64,000 bases of DNA from Alphaproteobacteria bacterium (GTDB lineage Bacteria > Pseudomonadota > Alphaproteobacteria > JBFXJJ01): contig JBFXJJ010000001.1 in NCBI GenBank assembly GCA_050175015.1, forward strand, positions 192,001 through 256,000. Direction: 5' to 3'. The notes under the pieces are model-generated. The model did no database searches, was not told the origin of the DNA, and worked only from the letters and a program-made list of their open reading frames with translations. Made by a program: the position numbers and the translations under genes. This document shows positions 9,323 through 20,213 of this stretch, piece after piece. Numbering within the stretch: position 1 is the first letter of the stretch; the number at the start of each line of letters is the position of its first letter.

Positions 9323-9868
9323 ATGGATCAAAATTATAATTCATGGCACGGAACAACTATTCTAGCTGTTAGAAAAAATAATGAACTAGTAATGGCTGGC
9401 GACGGTCAAGTAAGCCTTGGTAACACCGTTATTAAAGAAACAGCTGCCAAAGTCAGAAAAATTTGTGCAGGCAAAATCATTGTCGGTTTTGCAGGTGCAA
9501 CCGCTGATGCCTTCACCCTTATGGAACGTCTTGAAGCAAAACTGGAAAAACACGCTCAAAATCTTACGAGAGCCTGTGTGGAACTTGCTAAAGACTGGCG
9601 CACTGATAAATATCTGCGCAAGCTTGAAGCAATGATGATTGTCGCTGATAACGAAAAGACTTTGGTTTTAACTGGAAATGGCGATGTATTAGAACCAGAA
9701 TATGGTGTTGTTGGAATTGGTTCTGGCGGAACTTATGCCTTAGCTGCTGCTAGAGCTTTAATTGATATTGAAAATTTAGGTGCAGAAGAAATTGCTAAAA
9801 AAGCTATGAATATTGCCGCATCTATATGTGTTTATACTAATCAAAATTTTACTATTGAAAAACTTTAA
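9323..9868 (+). CDS. hslV: ATP-dependent protease subunit HslV
   Basis: [38 protein letters not shown]. Confidence 0.97.
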   Translation: MDQNYNSWHGTTILAVRKNNELVMAGDGQVSLGNTVIKETAAKVRKICAGKIIVGFAGATADAFTLMERLEAKLEKHAQNLTRACVELAKDWRTDKYLRKLEAMMIVADNEKTLVLTGNGDVLEPEYGVVGIGSGGTYALAAARALIDIENLGAEEIAKKAMNIAASICVYTNQNFTIEKL

Positions 9869-9881
9869 AAAGAATAAAATC

Positions 9882-11195
9882 ATGAGCAAATCATTTAGTC
9901 CTAGAGAAATCGTTTCCGAATTAGACCGTTATATTGTTGGGCAACAGGAAGCCAAAAAAGCCGTCGCTATCGCCCTTAGAAACCGTTGGCGCAGACAGCA
10001 GCTATCAGATCAACTTAGAGAAGAAGTTCTCCCAAAAAATATTTTAATGGTCGGACCAACTGGCGTTGGAAAAACCGAAATAGCAAGAAGACTCGCCAAA
10101 CTTGCCGATGCTCCTTTTATTAAAGTTGAAGCAACCAAATTTACCGAAGTTGGCTATGTCGGACGTGATGTCGAAAGCATAATTAGAGATTTGACCGAAC
10201 TTGCTATCAATATGATGCGCAAAAAACTTCGCAAAGATGTTAAAAGTAAAGCCGAAATTTTTGCTGAAGAACGGGTTTTAAGTTCTTTAGTGGGAGAAAA
10301 TGCCAGCGAAGAAACCAAACAAAAATTTAGGAAAATGCTGCGTCAAGGCGAACTTGATGACAAATTAATTGAAATTCAAGTTCAAGACAGTTCTTCAAAT
10401 TCAATGCCAACTTTTGATATTCCAGGTATGCCTGGCGCTCAAATGGGTATGATTAATCTTGGCGATATTTTAGGAAAATCATTCGGTTCAAATTTAAAAA
10501 CTAAAAAAATGAAAGTTGCAGAATCTTATGAAATTTTAATCGCAGAAGAAAGCGACAAACTTCTAGATCAAGAAACGGTCATCAAAGAAGCTATTAAGTC
10601 TGTTGAAAATGACGGCATTGTTTTTATTGATGAAGTCGATAAAATCTGCTCCACATCTGAAAAAAGAAGCGCTGATGTTTCAAGAGAAGGCGTTCAACGT
10701 GATTTATTGCCATTGCTAGAAGGCACAACGGTTTCAACTAAACACGGTTTAGTTAAAACTGATCATATTTTATTTATTGCCTCTGGTGCTTTTCATCTTT
10801 CAAAACCTGCTGATTTGCTGCCAGAGCTTCAAGGCAGACTTCCAACAAGAGTAGAACTTAAAGCCTTAACTGAAGATGACTTTATAAAAATTTTAAAAGA
10901 GCCTGAAGCTAACTTAATCACACAATACAAGGCTTTGATGGCAACTGAAAATTTTGAGCTAAACTTTGAAGAAGATACCATTAAGGAAATAGCTAAAGTT
11001 TCGGCTGAAATCAATAATACCGTTGAAAACATTGGAGCAAGACGACTTCAAACCGTTATGGAACGTCTTTTGGAAGATATAAGTTTTGATGCTTCAGATA
11101 AATCGGGTCAAAATTTTACCGTAACATCGGATATGGTTAGAGAAAAGGTTGGACAGCTTACTGCGAGTTCTGACTTATCTAAATTTATTCTTTAA
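9882..11195 (+). CDS. hslU: ATP-dependent protease ATPase subunit HslU
   Basis: [35 protein letters not shown]; start moved to ATG 9882. Confidence 0.97.
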   Translation: MSKSFSPREIVSELDRYIVGQQEAKKAVAIALRNRWRRQQLSDQLREEVLPKNILMVGPTGVGKTEIARRLAKLADAPFIKVEATKFTEVGYVGRDVESIIRDLTELAINMMRKKLRKDVKSKAEIFAEERVLSSLVGENASEETKQKFRKMLRQGELDDKLIEIQVQDSSSNSMPTFDIPGMPGAQMGMINLGDILGKSFGSNLKTKKMKVAESYEILIAEESDKLLDQETVIKEAIKSVENDGIVFIDEVDKICSTSEKRSADVSREGVQRDLLPLLEGTTVSTKHGLVKTDHILFIASGAFHLSKPADLLPELQGRLPTRVELKALTEDDFIKILKEPEANLITQYKALMATENFELNFEEDTIKEIAKVSAEINNTVENIGARRLQTVMERLLEDISFDASDKSGQNFTVTSDMVREKVGQLTASSDLSKFIL

Positions 11196-11289
11196 GATAA
11201 AAGATACCTAAAAATACTAGAGTTTTATAGACAGTTAAAGCTCTAAATGAGATATTATTGCGAAACAGAAATAAAAAAATAATAACACT

Positions 11290-13089
11290 ATGATTGATAA
11301 TATTAACCTTGCCATCTTAGTTATATCTTTTCTTATAACTATCAGTATCTTAACAAGTATAATATCAATGCGCTTTGGGGCTCCTTTGCTGCTGATATTC
11401 TTACTAATCGGGTTTATTGCTGGTGAAGATGGACCAGGAAGAATCTATTTCAACAATTCTCCTATCGCTTATCTAATCGGAACTCTTTCTCTAGTTATTA
11501 TTCTCTTCGACAGCGGTTTTTCTACTAAAATAAAAAGTTGGAAAAACGCTGCACCACCCGCTCTTACTCTCTCAACCTTAGGAGTTATCCTGACAACGTT
11601 GATTGTTGGTTATGCAACTCATATCTTGGCTGGTTTCTCTTGGCCCGTCGCATTTCTTACGGGATCTATAGTTAGTTCAACCGATGCGGCAGCGGTATTT
11701 TTTCTTCTCCGAGCTGGTGGTATCCAAATTAAGGAAAAAGTAAAGTCTACACTAGAGCTAGAATCGGGAAGCAACGATCCGATGGCTATTCTTTTAACTT
11801 TTTTCTTTTTAGAAATGAGCCTTAATCAAATTTCTCAAGGAAATATTATTGTAAATTTGGTTGAAATCTTTTTAAAACAAATCGGGCTCGGTCTATTTTT
11901 AGGTTTTATCGGGGCTCATATTATTATCAAACTGGTAAATACTTTAAAAATCGAAGTCGAGCTTTACCCTCTAATTGTATTATGTCTTGTTTTTGTGTTG
12001 TTTGCTCTGGTTTCTCTTGCTGGTGGTAGTGGTTTTCTTGCCGTTTACGTTGCAGGAATTATTACTGGCAATGCACAGATGAGAGTTGTCGGTATGATTC
12101 ATCGTTTTCATAATGTAATGACTTGGCTTGGTCAAATATTTATGTTCCTAACCCTAGGTTTACTAGCGACGCCTTCCCAATTCCTAGATGTTTTGGGGGC
12201 TGCAATAATGATTGCTTTTGTTTTAATATTCATTGCCCGTCCGCTGGCGGTTTGGCTTTGTTTAAAACCTTTTGATTTTAATAATAATGAAACGGCTTTT
12301 TTATCTTGGGTTGGTTTAAGAGGAGCCGTTTCTATTCTGTTAGCTATTTTGCCAAGAATTTATAATATTCCTGAAAGTCTTGCTTTATTCAATATTGCTT
12401 TTGTTGTTGTTCTTACGTCTTTATTAATTCAAGGCTGGACAATAAAATCTATGGCTAAAATAATGCGTTTAATTATTCCACCCAAAATCGGAGAAGTAGA
12501 ACGTATTGAGCTTGACTTACCTAATAAAAATGATCTGGAGCTAGTTAGTTATAATGTTCATCAAGAAAGCGCTGCTGCTAATGGTCAAAAAATACCAAAA
12601 TGGGTAAAACCTGCTTTAATCATACGTAATAACACCATTCTAAGCCAGCCCAAATCGGGTAAATTACAACCTAACGATCAAATTTATATTTTTGCTTCTC
12701 CTAACCAAATAAAACTTTTAGATAAACTCTTTGCTCGTCCAGCTAATACAGAAGAAAATGATTTTTTAGAAGATTTCATTATAAAAGCTGATGCTTCTAT
12801 GAAAACACTTGCTGATACTTATGGTATTAGTATTGAAAACATAGACCAAGATATAACGGTTGGCGAATATCTTGAACAAAAACTTGAAAACCAATTTGAA
12901 GAAGGTGATTGGTTATCCTTAGGAAGCATTGAAATAATTATTCGTAGTTTAGATGATAATCATAAAATAGCCGAAATTGGTTTGCTTTTAGATATAACCA
13001 AACCAGATAACAATAATTTATTAGCTGTTATTTGGCAGATAATAAAAAAGTTTTTTATAACTAAAATAAAATTAAAATCTAAAAAATAA
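11290..13089 (+). CDS. cvrA: K+/H+ antiporter, CvrA/NhaP2 family
   Basis: GEDGPG, STDAAAVF, ESGSNDPMA, GLRGAVSI, about 12 TM segments, C-terminal soluble domains. Confidence 0.9.
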   Translation: MIDNINLAILVISFLITISILTSIISMRFGAPLLLIFLLIGFIAGEDGPGRIYFNNSPIAYLIGTLSLVIILFDSGFSTKIKSWKNAAPPALTLSTLGVILTTLIVGYATHILAGFSWPVAFLTGSIVSSTDAAAVFFLLRAGGIQIKEKVKSTLELESGSNDPMAILLTFFFLEMSLNQISQGNIIVNLVEIFLKQIGLGLFLGFIGAHIIIKLVNTLKIEVELYPLIVLCLVFVLFALVSLAGGSGFLAVYVAGIITGNAQMRVVGMIHRFHNVMTWLGQIFMFLTLGLLATPSQFLDVLGAAIMIAFVLIFIARPLAVWLCLKPFDFNNNETAFLSWVGLRGAVSILLAILPRIYNIPESLALFNIAFVVVLTSLLIQGWTIKSMAKIMRLIIPPKIGEVERIELDLPNKNDLELVSYNVHQESAAANGQKIPKWVKPALIIRNNTILSQPKSGKLQPNDQIYIFASPNQIKLLDKLFARPANTEENDFLEDFIIKADASMKTLADTYGISIENIDQDITVGEYLEQKLENQFEEGDWLSLGSIEIIIRSLDDNHKIAEIGLLLDITKPDNNNLLAVIWQIIKKFFITKIKLKSKK

Positions 13090-13094
13090 TTCTT

Positions 13095-13162
13095 TTAAAG
13101 ATTGCTAAGGATTTTTTTAAAAAACCCTTAATTTGCAAAACAATTTTTGCCTTAAGGCAACT
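13095..13162. repeat. Modular intergenic repeat (palindrome A plus TTGCCTTAAGGCAA hairpin)
   Basis: TAAGGATTTTTTTAAAAAACCCTTAA at 13106-13131; TTTTGCCTTAAGGCAA follows. Confidence 0.75.
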
Positions 13163-13208
13163 CAAGAAATTACAGATGAGTGAACATTATTCCAAAAAAG
13201 ATAAAAAA

Positions 13209-13571
13209 TTATTCGTTTTTAGCATCTTTAACTATGTTAATTAGCGTAATTAACGTATCAATCGATAATTGATCTATTTTTTTTGAGGTCAAATTAGCAA
13301 AAATAGTAGCATATGGCGATAAACCTGAAGTATCAATAACAACTCTGGGATCAGAAATAGAAACCAAACTTTCAATTTCATCAGCTTCTTCCCAGATAAT
13401 GTCAAAATAACCGCAGATCTGCTTAATAAAACCAGGACCTGGTTTACCCTTTTTTCCATGCTCCAAAGCCGAAAGATACGCAGCCGAAACACCTAAATCA
13501 TCAGCCATCTTTTTCTGACTAATGTTTCTTTGCTTTCTTATTTCTCTAATTTTTACACCAAATGGAGTCAT
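13209..13571 (-). CDS. XRE-family HTH regulator
   Basis: MTPFG..MADDLGVSAAYLSALEHGKKGKP, typically found beside Smr/MltA genes in Alphaproteobacteria. Confidence 0.88.
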   Translation of the reverse strand: MTPFGVKIREIRKQRNISQKKMADDLGVSAAYLSALEHGKKGKPGPGFIKQICGYFDIIWEEADEIESLVSISDPRVVIDTSGLSPYATIFANLTSKKIDQLSIDTLITLINIVKDAKNE

Positions 13572-13695
13572 AAAACCAAACCCAAATATCTCGCTTTATT
13601 AATCAGCAAAATTTGTTCAATAGATAATTTTTAAGCACTTATTTTAAATTAATTCTGCTTTTATAGCTAAATATTAACTTATATTAAGTTAATAA

Positions 13696-14250
13696 TCAAA
13701 TATTTTCTCGGTTTTTTCTTAGAACAACATAAAAAGCACCGTCTCCGCCTTGGCTTGGTTTAGCGTTGGTTATATGCAGTATCATTTTATCAAATTTACT
13801 TTCACCGAGCCATTTGGGCAGCATTTGTCTTAAAATCCCGCTGCCTTCCAAGTCCTTACCTTTGCCAGTAATAATTAGAAGATTTCTAACACCTCTAAGC
13901 CAATTTTGTTCCACAAAACGGCACAGTCTATCATACGCCATATTTTGTGTTAATCCGTGAAGATCAAGTTTAGCTTCTGTTTTTAAGCCTTTTTTCTTTA
14001 TTTCTCTAGCTTTCTTAGTATCAATGCTTACCCTTTTGGCGGTTTCATTTCGCTTTCGTTCTTTTCTTATTAAAAGGCTTTTTTTGGCAGCCAAATTTTC
14101 AACATCAGTGATTTCTTTTTCCTCTAAAATAGAGGAAATATCATCGGTTTCAATCGGGTCTATACTATTTTTATGAAGCGGCTTTACATCTTTAACAAAT
14201 TCGTGCCAAAGTTTTTTTTCTTCTTGTGATATTTTTTTAGTTCTAGTCAT
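13696..14250 (-). CDS. Smr/MutS2-domain endonuclease
   Basis: LDLHGLTQ, LIITGKG, GGDGAFYV; start moved to MTRTKK. Confidence 0.9.
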   Translation of the reverse strand: MTRTKKISQEEKKLWHEFVKDVKPLHKNSIDPIETDDISSILEEKEITDVENLAAKKSLLIRKERKRNETAKRVSIDTKKAREIKKKGLKTEAKLDLHGLTQNMAYDRLCRFVEQNWLRGVRNLLIITGKGKDLEGSGILRQMLPKWLGESKFDKMILHITNAKPSQGGDGAFYVVLRKNRENI

Positions 14251-14863
14251 AAAAGTCTGGATCTTCTGGAGCAAAATGAGGCTGAGCCCTATTTTTCTTC
14301 GGAGCTTTTGCCTTTTGTTTCTCGTTTCTGTTTTCTTTAGCGCTTTCATTCGTAAGCATTTTAAGCTTAGCTGGTGCCTCTAATTCTTTAGGCTTTTCTT
14401 GACTTTGAGTCAAAACTTTTTTCTCAATCATTAAGTCAGCAAAATTAATTACAACAAAATCACGCCAATCGTCTTCATATGATTTACAAACTATTCTAGG
14501 ATTAGAAGCAACTTTAATGGTAACGCCCCTAAACTGCCACATTTTATTCCAGTTATTAATATCATTGATACTATAAAACAAAACCCTTTGTTTCATTATA
14601 TCCTGCATAAAAAATGGAAACACTTTTATGTAGCTTATAACACCAGCCAAAAGAATTAATATCCCAGAAATAGCACCTGATGAAAACATCATAACCAATG
14701 AAAAAACCGCCACGAATAACAAGGGCAAAATGTTTTCCCAAGGATTAAAAAAAGGAGAATTCTTACGATTTAGCTGCTTAAAATTAATATATATCTGCGC
14801 TTTTCCATCAATAAGAGCTGTTTTCATAGCTTTAAATTTTAGAATATCAGCACGGTTTATCAT
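14243..14863 (-). CDS. Hypothetical membrane protein
   Basis: 206-aa ORF within the operon, two hydrophobic segments, charged C-terminus. Confidence 0.7.
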   Translation of the reverse strand: MINRADILKFKAMKTALIDGKAQIYINFKQLNRKNSPFFNPWENILPLLFVAVFSLVMMFSSGAISGILILLAGVISYIKVFPFFMQDIMKQRVLFYSINDINNWNKMWQFRGVTIKVASNPRIVCKSYEDDWRDFVVINFADLMIEKKVLTQSQEKPKELEAPAKLKMLTNESAKENRNEKQKAKAPKKNRAQPHFAPEDPDFYD

Positions 14864-14874
14864 AATAATTAACC

Positions 14875-16017
14875 TTATTTTGGTAAAATTACATAATAAG
14901 TGCCAGAACTTTTCATTCTGCCCGCATTATAAAAGGCTTCGTCTCCATAGCCCCAAAAGAAATCTCCCCTGACCGAACCTTTAATTGCTGAACCAACGTC
15001 TTGAGCAACAACCATTTTATTCATTTTATTGCCATCAGGATCTACGGTATTAAGCCACAAAGGCAAACCAAGCGGAATATATCTGCGGTCAACCGCTAAG
15101 CTTCTTTTCGCTGTGAGCGGTACTTTTTGAGCTCCAAGCGGACCTTCGCCTTCATATGTCCTAAAAAAGATATATCTAGGATTTCTAGCCATAAGTTCTT
15201 CTGCCTCTTTAGGATTTTTTCTAAGCCAGTCTCTAATATGTACCATAGATGCTTCACCTGGCTTTAAAAGACCATCTTTAGTCATTATTGAGCCTATGCC
15301 AATAAAGCCGTGTCCATTGTTTCCTGCATAACCAACTCTTACAGTTTTGCCATCTGGAAGGGTTGCTATTCCTGAACCTTGAATATGAAGGATAAAAGCG
15401 TCAACAGGATCATCAACCCATAGTACAACAGGAGCCTCGATACCTTTCTTTTCAATATCTTCTCTTGTAAAATAAGGCACGAGCCTTTGATTTTCTACCC
15501 TTCCAAAAAGCTCTGTATTAACCAAATTTTGGTTAAATTGAGCGGGATTAAAGAAAATCATATCTTTCGGCTGACCATATAACGGGTATTTATATTTTTC
15601 TGTTTTCTTAAACGAACCGTTTAAACTGGCTTCATAATATCCTGTAAAAACACCAGTTTTAGTCTCACTGGCATCATTATCTATTATGGTATAGGGCTGA
15701 AAATATTTCTCAAAATAGGTTCTAATTGCCACATCTTCTGGCTGAAGCTCCTTTATATCCTTACATAGTTTCTGCCAAACATCTACTTTCTGCTCAATCA
15801 AAGAGCTGTCCAGTTTAGAATCTGAATCTTTTTTTAAAATTGCATCACAGGAATAAACAAGCGCAGGAAAAACCTCGTTTAAATTATCATTTTTCCAGCC
15901 TTCTAAGTCACTAAAAGCCATAGGTTTTAACGAAATATTCTCTAATCCTGTTTCAAGCTCTGGTTTTTTACCGCAAGATGTTAGTAAAAGAGAAAAAATT
16001 AGAATATATTTTAACAT
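14875..16017 (-). CDS. mltA: Membrane-bound lytic murein transglycosylase A
   Basis: FTGYYE, LHIQGSG, NPRYIFF, AQDVGSAIKG..RGDFFWG; lipobox LTSC. Confidence 0.93.
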   Translation of the reverse strand: MLKYILIFSLLLTSCGKKPELETGLENISLKPMAFSDLEGWKNDNLNEVFPALVYSCDAILKKDSDSKLDSSLIEQKVDVWQKLCKDIKELQPEDVAIRTYFEKYFQPYTIIDNDASETKTGVFTGYYEASLNGSFKKTEKYKYPLYGQPKDMIFFNPAQFNQNLVNTELFGRVENQRLVPYFTREDIEKKGIEAPVVLWVDDPVDAFILHIQGSGIATLPDGKTVRVGYAGNNGHGFIGIGSIMTKDGLLKPGEASMVHIRDWLRKNPKEAEELMARNPRYIFFRTYEGEGPLGAQKVPLTAKRSLAVDRRYIPLGLPLWLNTVDPDGNKMNKMVVAQDVGSAIKGSVRGDFFWGYGDEAFYNAGRMKSSGTYYVILPK

Positions 16018-16022
16018 AAAAA

Positions 16023-16679
16023 TTAAACACTTCTGGTTGCTGTAAGCTTCCAATTGGGGCTTTTAGAATTAATATCTCTGTTAAACGTCCAAATATCGGT
16101 TATATTTTCAACATAGTTAGGATCGCCTGTAATAACTTCACCAGCGCTGTTTTTAATGATATTTATTTGTTCGCTTTCAAATTTAACTGTTATTTTAGCT
16201 TCTGTTCCGATTACATCTGAAGACATTATTTGGACTTTTTCAAACCCAATAAGCTGACATTCCATAGTTTCATTATTCTTTTCACGGTTTTCAATCGAGT
16301 TAATAAAACTCTTAAGAACATCATCGCCTAATAGCATTTCTAATGTTTTAACATCACCATCGGCATAAGCTTTAATAATCATATCGAAAGCGATTTTAGC
16401 CCCTTCTAAAAATTCTTTTTCATCAAAATTTTTATCTTTTTCTGCAATACTGCTGATTAACGGATTGCTAGGTGTTTCTTTTTTATCAATAGGCTTTAAG
16501 TCGATAATATTATTTTCTTCTATATCTGATATCTTTATATCCAATATATTATCTTTTTTATTCTTAGACGCATCTTCATCTTCTGGGCGTGTGCCTAAAA
16601 CACTGCGTAATCTGCTTATCAGAAGTACGGCTATAACAAATAGAATGATAATGTCAAAAAACTGAGGACCTGAACTCAT
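16023..16679 (-). CDS. Tim44/TimA family adaptor protein
   Basis: RLRSVLGTR, FLEGAKIAFDMI, DIWTF..PNWKL; syntenic with secB and mltA. Confidence 0.88.
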   Translation of the reverse strand: MSSGPQFFDIIILFVIAVLLISRLRSVLGTRPEDEDASKNKKDNILDIKISDIEENNIIDLKPIDKKETPSNPLISSIAEKDKNFDEKEFLEGAKIAFDMIIKAYADGDVKTLEMLLGDDVLKSFINSIENREKNNETMECQLIGFEKVQIMSSDVIGTEAKITVKFESEQINIIKNSAGEVITGDPNYVENITDIWTFNRDINSKSPNWKLTATRSV

Positions 16680-16828
16680 TAAAATTTCTCCAAATTTTTC
16701 TGAACTTTTAAAATAACAATATATACATTATTTGTTGAAAGATAAAACCTTATTAACATACTTGAGTTTAAATTTTAATAATGTTAGAGTTTTTGGAATT
16801 TTTAAATATTAGAATTTTGGAGAATCTT

Positions 16829-17311
16829 ATGAGTGAAACTGAGACTAAAAATAACGAAACCGAAAATAAACAATCTTTAGCAATTAATGCTCAATTTATT
16901 AAAGACCTTTCTTTTGAAGCTCCCAATTCTCCGTTTATTTTTAATGAAATGACCAAAATGCCTGATGTTAACATCAATGTTGATGTTCAGGCTGCTAAAA
17001 TTGAAAATAATATTTTTGGCGTTGATTTAAAATTCCATATAAATGGCAGAGTTGGTGAAAAAACAGCTTTTATTGTTGAGTTAACATATGGTTGCGTTGT
17101 TACATTAAACATTCCTCAAGAACATATGGAACCTATGCTGCTTATTGAAGTTCCAAGACACTTGTTCCCATTTGCTAGAAACATTTTAGCTGATGTTACC
17201 AGAGATGGGGGCTTCCCTCCTCTTATGATTACTCCTATTGATTTTGTTGGTCTTTATCGCAAAAGAGTAGAAGAAAAAATTAAAGCCGATCAAAATCAAA
17301 AACTTAACTAG
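16829..17311 (+). CDS. secB: Protein-export chaperone SecB
   Basis: QFIKDLSFEAP, LFPFARNI, GGFPPLMITPIDF; GGAGA RBS before ATG 16829. Confidence 0.95.
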   Translation: MSETETKNNETENKQSLAINAQFIKDLSFEAPNSPFIFNEMTKMPDVNINVDVQAAKIENNIFGVDLKFHINGRVGEKTAFIVELTYGCVVTLNIPQEHMEPMLLIEVPRHLFPFARNILADVTRDGGFPPLMITPIDFVGLYRKRVEEKIKADQNQKLN

Positions 17312-17332
17312 TTTGATTAATCCTTTATATTT

Positions 17333-17377
17333 TAAGAGATTTCTTGTAAAAAAATTCAAGAAATCTCTTATTTTTTT
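17333..17377. terminator. Intrinsic terminator between convergent genes
   Basis: 14-bp stem TAAGAGATTTCTTG / CAAGAAATCTCTTA followed by a T-run. Confidence 0.75.
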
Positions 17378-17402
17378 AGATTCCCTATGAACTAATACTG
17401 TT

Positions 17403-17945
17403 CTATATTGATTTACCCATATTATAAGCTTTATCCATTAAATCTGTTTTTTTAACATCACCAACATTCCAAACACCTGTCGCATAGATAATTCCTTTTT
17501 CTTTGATGTTATCAAGACACGATGTAAAGCCCCTAAATTCCTCTACAGCTCTTTCTAATGCCTGTTTATTAGTATCAGCAGCTGTCATTATAAAATAAAA
17601 ATCTTTATTCTTAATTGCTGTATACTTAGAGCAAACCCTATCAATAAAAGTCTTCATTTGACCATTCATTGTGTAAAAATAGATAGGTGTAGCCATAGCT
17701 ATAACATCAGCAGCTATCATTTTTTCTAAAATTTCAGACATATCGTCTTTTTGAGCACAGCCTTTTTTGTTATTGCTGGTGCAATAGCCGCAACCTGTAC
17801 AATAATTTATGGTTTTATCCTTTAAAAAAACTTTTTCTGTTATGTTGCCTGACTCATCTGCTCCTAACTTAAACTGGTCGCAAAGAGTATCAGAATTGCC
17901 GCCTTTTCTTGGACTAGATGATATTATTAATACTTTTTTATTCAT
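17403..17945 (-). CDS. Flavodoxin-family / iron-sulfur flavoprotein (NADPH-dependent FMN reductase-like)
   Basis: SSPRKGGNS, CTGCGYC..C, ATPIYFY, MKTFIDR. Confidence 0.88.
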   Translation of the reverse strand: MNKKVLIISSSPRKGGNSDTLCDQFKLGADESGNITEKVFLKDKTINYCTGCGYCTSNNKKGCAQKDDMSEILEKMIAADVIAMATPIYFYTMNGQMKTFIDRVCSKYTAIKNKDFYFIMTAADTNKQALERAVEEFRGFTSCLDNIKEKGIIYATGVWNVGDVKKTDLMDKAYNMGKSI

Positions 17946-17964
17946 AATTTTTAACCTTTATTTT

Positions 17965-18972
17965 TTATTTTGCTTTATCAACAAATTTATTTTCACGTTC
18001 ACTGTAACGAGCGCCGACATTAGGATATTTCTTTAATAATAAATCAATTTTTTCAATATCTTGCAGTGATAAAGCAACGTCTACAGCCTTGGCATTTTCT
18101 TCTAAATATTTTCTGCGTTTAGTCCCAGGAATAGGAATAATATTATCGCTTTGATACATTACCCAAGCTAAAGCTAACTGTGATGAGGTTATATTTTTGT
18201 TTTGAGCAATTTCTTCAAATTCTTTAACCATTTTTTGATTGTTTTCTAAATATTCGCCATTATAACGAGGAAGATTGTTTCTAAAATCACTTTTATCAAG
18301 TTTTTCAATATTTAATTTATTCGTTATTAAACCTCTTCCTAACGGTGCAAACGGTATAAAAGAAACATCTAATTCTTTTGTTAAAGGTAATACTTCCTTT
18401 TCTACATCTTTGAAAAATAAGGAATATTCACTTTGAAGTGCTGCAATAGGATAAGTGTCATTAGCTGCTTTTAAAGTTTTAGCTGAACACTCACTTAATC
18501 CTATGGCTCTTATTTTTCCTTCTTTTATTAAATCTGACATTGCACCAATCGTGTCTTCAACAGGAACATCAGGATTTAATCTATGAGCATAATAAAGATC
18601 TATAGTATCTATTTTTAATCTTTTAAGGCTTTGCTCAACCGCTGTTTTAATATATTCCGGAGATGAATCAATATAAACATCTCCACCAACAAAGGCACTT
18701 CCTTCGTTACTTCTAAGTCTAAATCCAAATTTAGTTGCAATTACAATTTTATCTCTGTGGGTTTTCAATATTTTTGATATGAGCTCTTCATTAGCACCTT
18801 TGCCATAAATATCAGCTGTATCCCAAAAATTTATTCCCAAATCTAAGGCACACTCCAGTGTTGCAAGGCTTTCTTTTTCGTCTGCAAAACCGTAAGCATC
18901 ACTCATACCCATACAACCGAGACCAACAGCTGAAATTTTAATATCACTTTTACCTAATTTTTTATATTTCAT
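17965..18972 (-). CDS. Aldo/keto reductase
   Basis: [34 protein letters not shown]. Confidence 0.93.
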   Translation of the reverse strand: MKYKKLGKSDIKISAVGLGCMGMSDAYGFADEKESLATLECALDLGINFWDTADIYGKGANEELISKILKTHRDKIVIATKFGFRLRSNEGSAFVGGDVYIDSSPEYIKTAVEQSLKRLKIDTIDLYYAHRLNPDVPVEDTIGAMSDLIKEGKIRAIGLSECSAKTLKAANDTYPIAALQSEYSLFFKDVEKEVLPLTKELDVSFIPFAPLGRGLITNKLNIEKLDKSDFRNNLPRYNGEYLENNQKMVKEFEEIAQNKNITSSQLALAWVMYQSDNIIPIPGTKRRKYLEENAKAVDVALSLQDIEKIDLLLKKYPNVGARYSERENKFVDKAK

Positions 18973-19020
18973 TGAATTATTCTCCTAAAATTTTTGTAGC
19001 CAATAAAAAATATTAATCAT

Positions 19021-19051
19021 ATGCTACGACCTTAGAGTAACTCTCAGTCAA
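19021..19051 (-). promoter_or_regulatory. MerR-type promoter/operator for the AKR-flavodoxin operon
   Basis: Minus strand reads TTGACT-N19-TAGCAT, with dyad CTtAGAGT-A-ACTCTcAG (19031-19047) in the spacer; divergent merR-family gene. Confidence 0.8.
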
Positions 19052-19083
19052 GTGCTTTATTTAAAACTTTGGAATTTTTTATT

Positions 19084-19527
19084 ATGTATACAATTAAAGA
19101 CGTTTCTAAAAAAATGAACATTTCAGAACACACCTTAAGATTTTGGGATAAAACTGGTTTGTTTCCTTTTGTTTCTAGAGATAAAAACAATATTAGAATT
19201 TTTTCTGATAATGATTTGCGCTGGATATATATTGTAAAATGTTTAAAAAATGCCGGCACAGATAATAAATCAATAAAAAAATATATCGATCTTTGTATCA
19301 TTGGAGATTCTACAATTAGGGAACGATATGAAATTATAAAAATTACTAAAGCTAAAGCCGAAGCCAAAATGAAAGAACTTCAAAAACAAATGGAAGTTAT
19401 TTGTAAAAAAGAAGACTATTATAAAAATATGATAGAAAACAAAGAAACTGATAAATTAAATCCTATTAATCTGAAAAATAATTTTAATCAGTTTTTAGAA
19501 ACCTGCATCTTAGATAACAATTTTTAA
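19084..19527 (+). CDS. MerR-family transcriptional regulator (AdhR-like)
   Basis: YTIKDVSKKMNISEHTLRFWDKTGL..R.F..CLKNAG..GDSTIRER. Confidence 0.9.
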   Translation: MYTIKDVSKKMNISEHTLRFWDKTGLFPFVSRDKNNIRIFSDNDLRWIYIVKCLKNAGTDNKSIKKYIDLCIIGDSTIRERYEIIKITKAKAEAKMKELQKQMEVICKKEDYYKNMIENKETDKLNPINLKNNFNQFLETCILDNNF

Positions 19528-20213
19528 GCTTTATTCCATAATGGACTTGATATTTTTTTCAAAAATTCTTGATGAGATAATTCTTCCTCAGGCGAAACAA
19601 TTGATAATCTTCTTGGCTCATATACTTTTTTTTCTTTTTTTGAGCCATTTGCGCTTGTCGCATAATTTTTGCCTTCAACCTTAGATAAAACAAATCCAGG
19701 TTCACGGCCGCCTATAAGCTCCAAATAGACTTCTGCTAAGAGTTCTGAATCAAGTAAAGCTCCGTGTTTATCACGTTTAGAGTTATCAATGCTATATCTT
19801 TTACATAAAGCATCTAAGCTCACGGACATTCCTGGAAACTTACTACGTGCTATTCTAAGAGTATCAACTGCTCTGGTCATAGGTAAGATCGTTTTATTTA
19901 TCCAAGAAAGTTCGGCATTGATAAATTTCATATCAAATTCAGCATTATGAATTATTAAGTTAGAATCTTTTAAAAAATCTAAAAATTCATCAGCAACATC
20001 TCGAAATATTGGTTTGTCTTTTAAAAAATCTAAATTAAGCCCGTGAACTCTAAAAGCTTCTTCTGGAACTTCTCTTTCGGGATTTAAATATTGATGATAA
20101 TAGTTACCTGTTGGAACGTGATTAATTAATTCAACGCAGCCTATCTCAACCATACGATGACCACTATATGGTTCAAATCCTGTGGTTTCCGTATCTAAAA
20201 CTATTTCTCTCAT
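19524..20213 (-). CDS. dnaQ: DNA polymerase III epsilon subunit
   Basis: VLDTETTG, HNAEFD, HGALLDSELLAEVY. Confidence 0.96.
   Translation of the reverse strand: MREIVLDTETTGFEPYSGHRMVEIGCVELINHVPTGNYYHQYLNPEREVPEEAFRVHGLNLDFLKDKPIFRDVADEFLDFLKDSNLIIHNAEFDMKFINAELSWINKTILPMTRAVDTLRIARSKFPGMSVSLDALCKRYSIDNSKRDKHGALLDSELLAEVYLELIGGREPGFVLSKVEGKNYATSANGSKKEKKVYEPRRLSIVSPEEELSHQEFLKKISSPLWNKA

Noticed and set aside
19044-19367. 107-aa minus-strand ORF
   Set aside because: Antisense shadow of the MerR gene.
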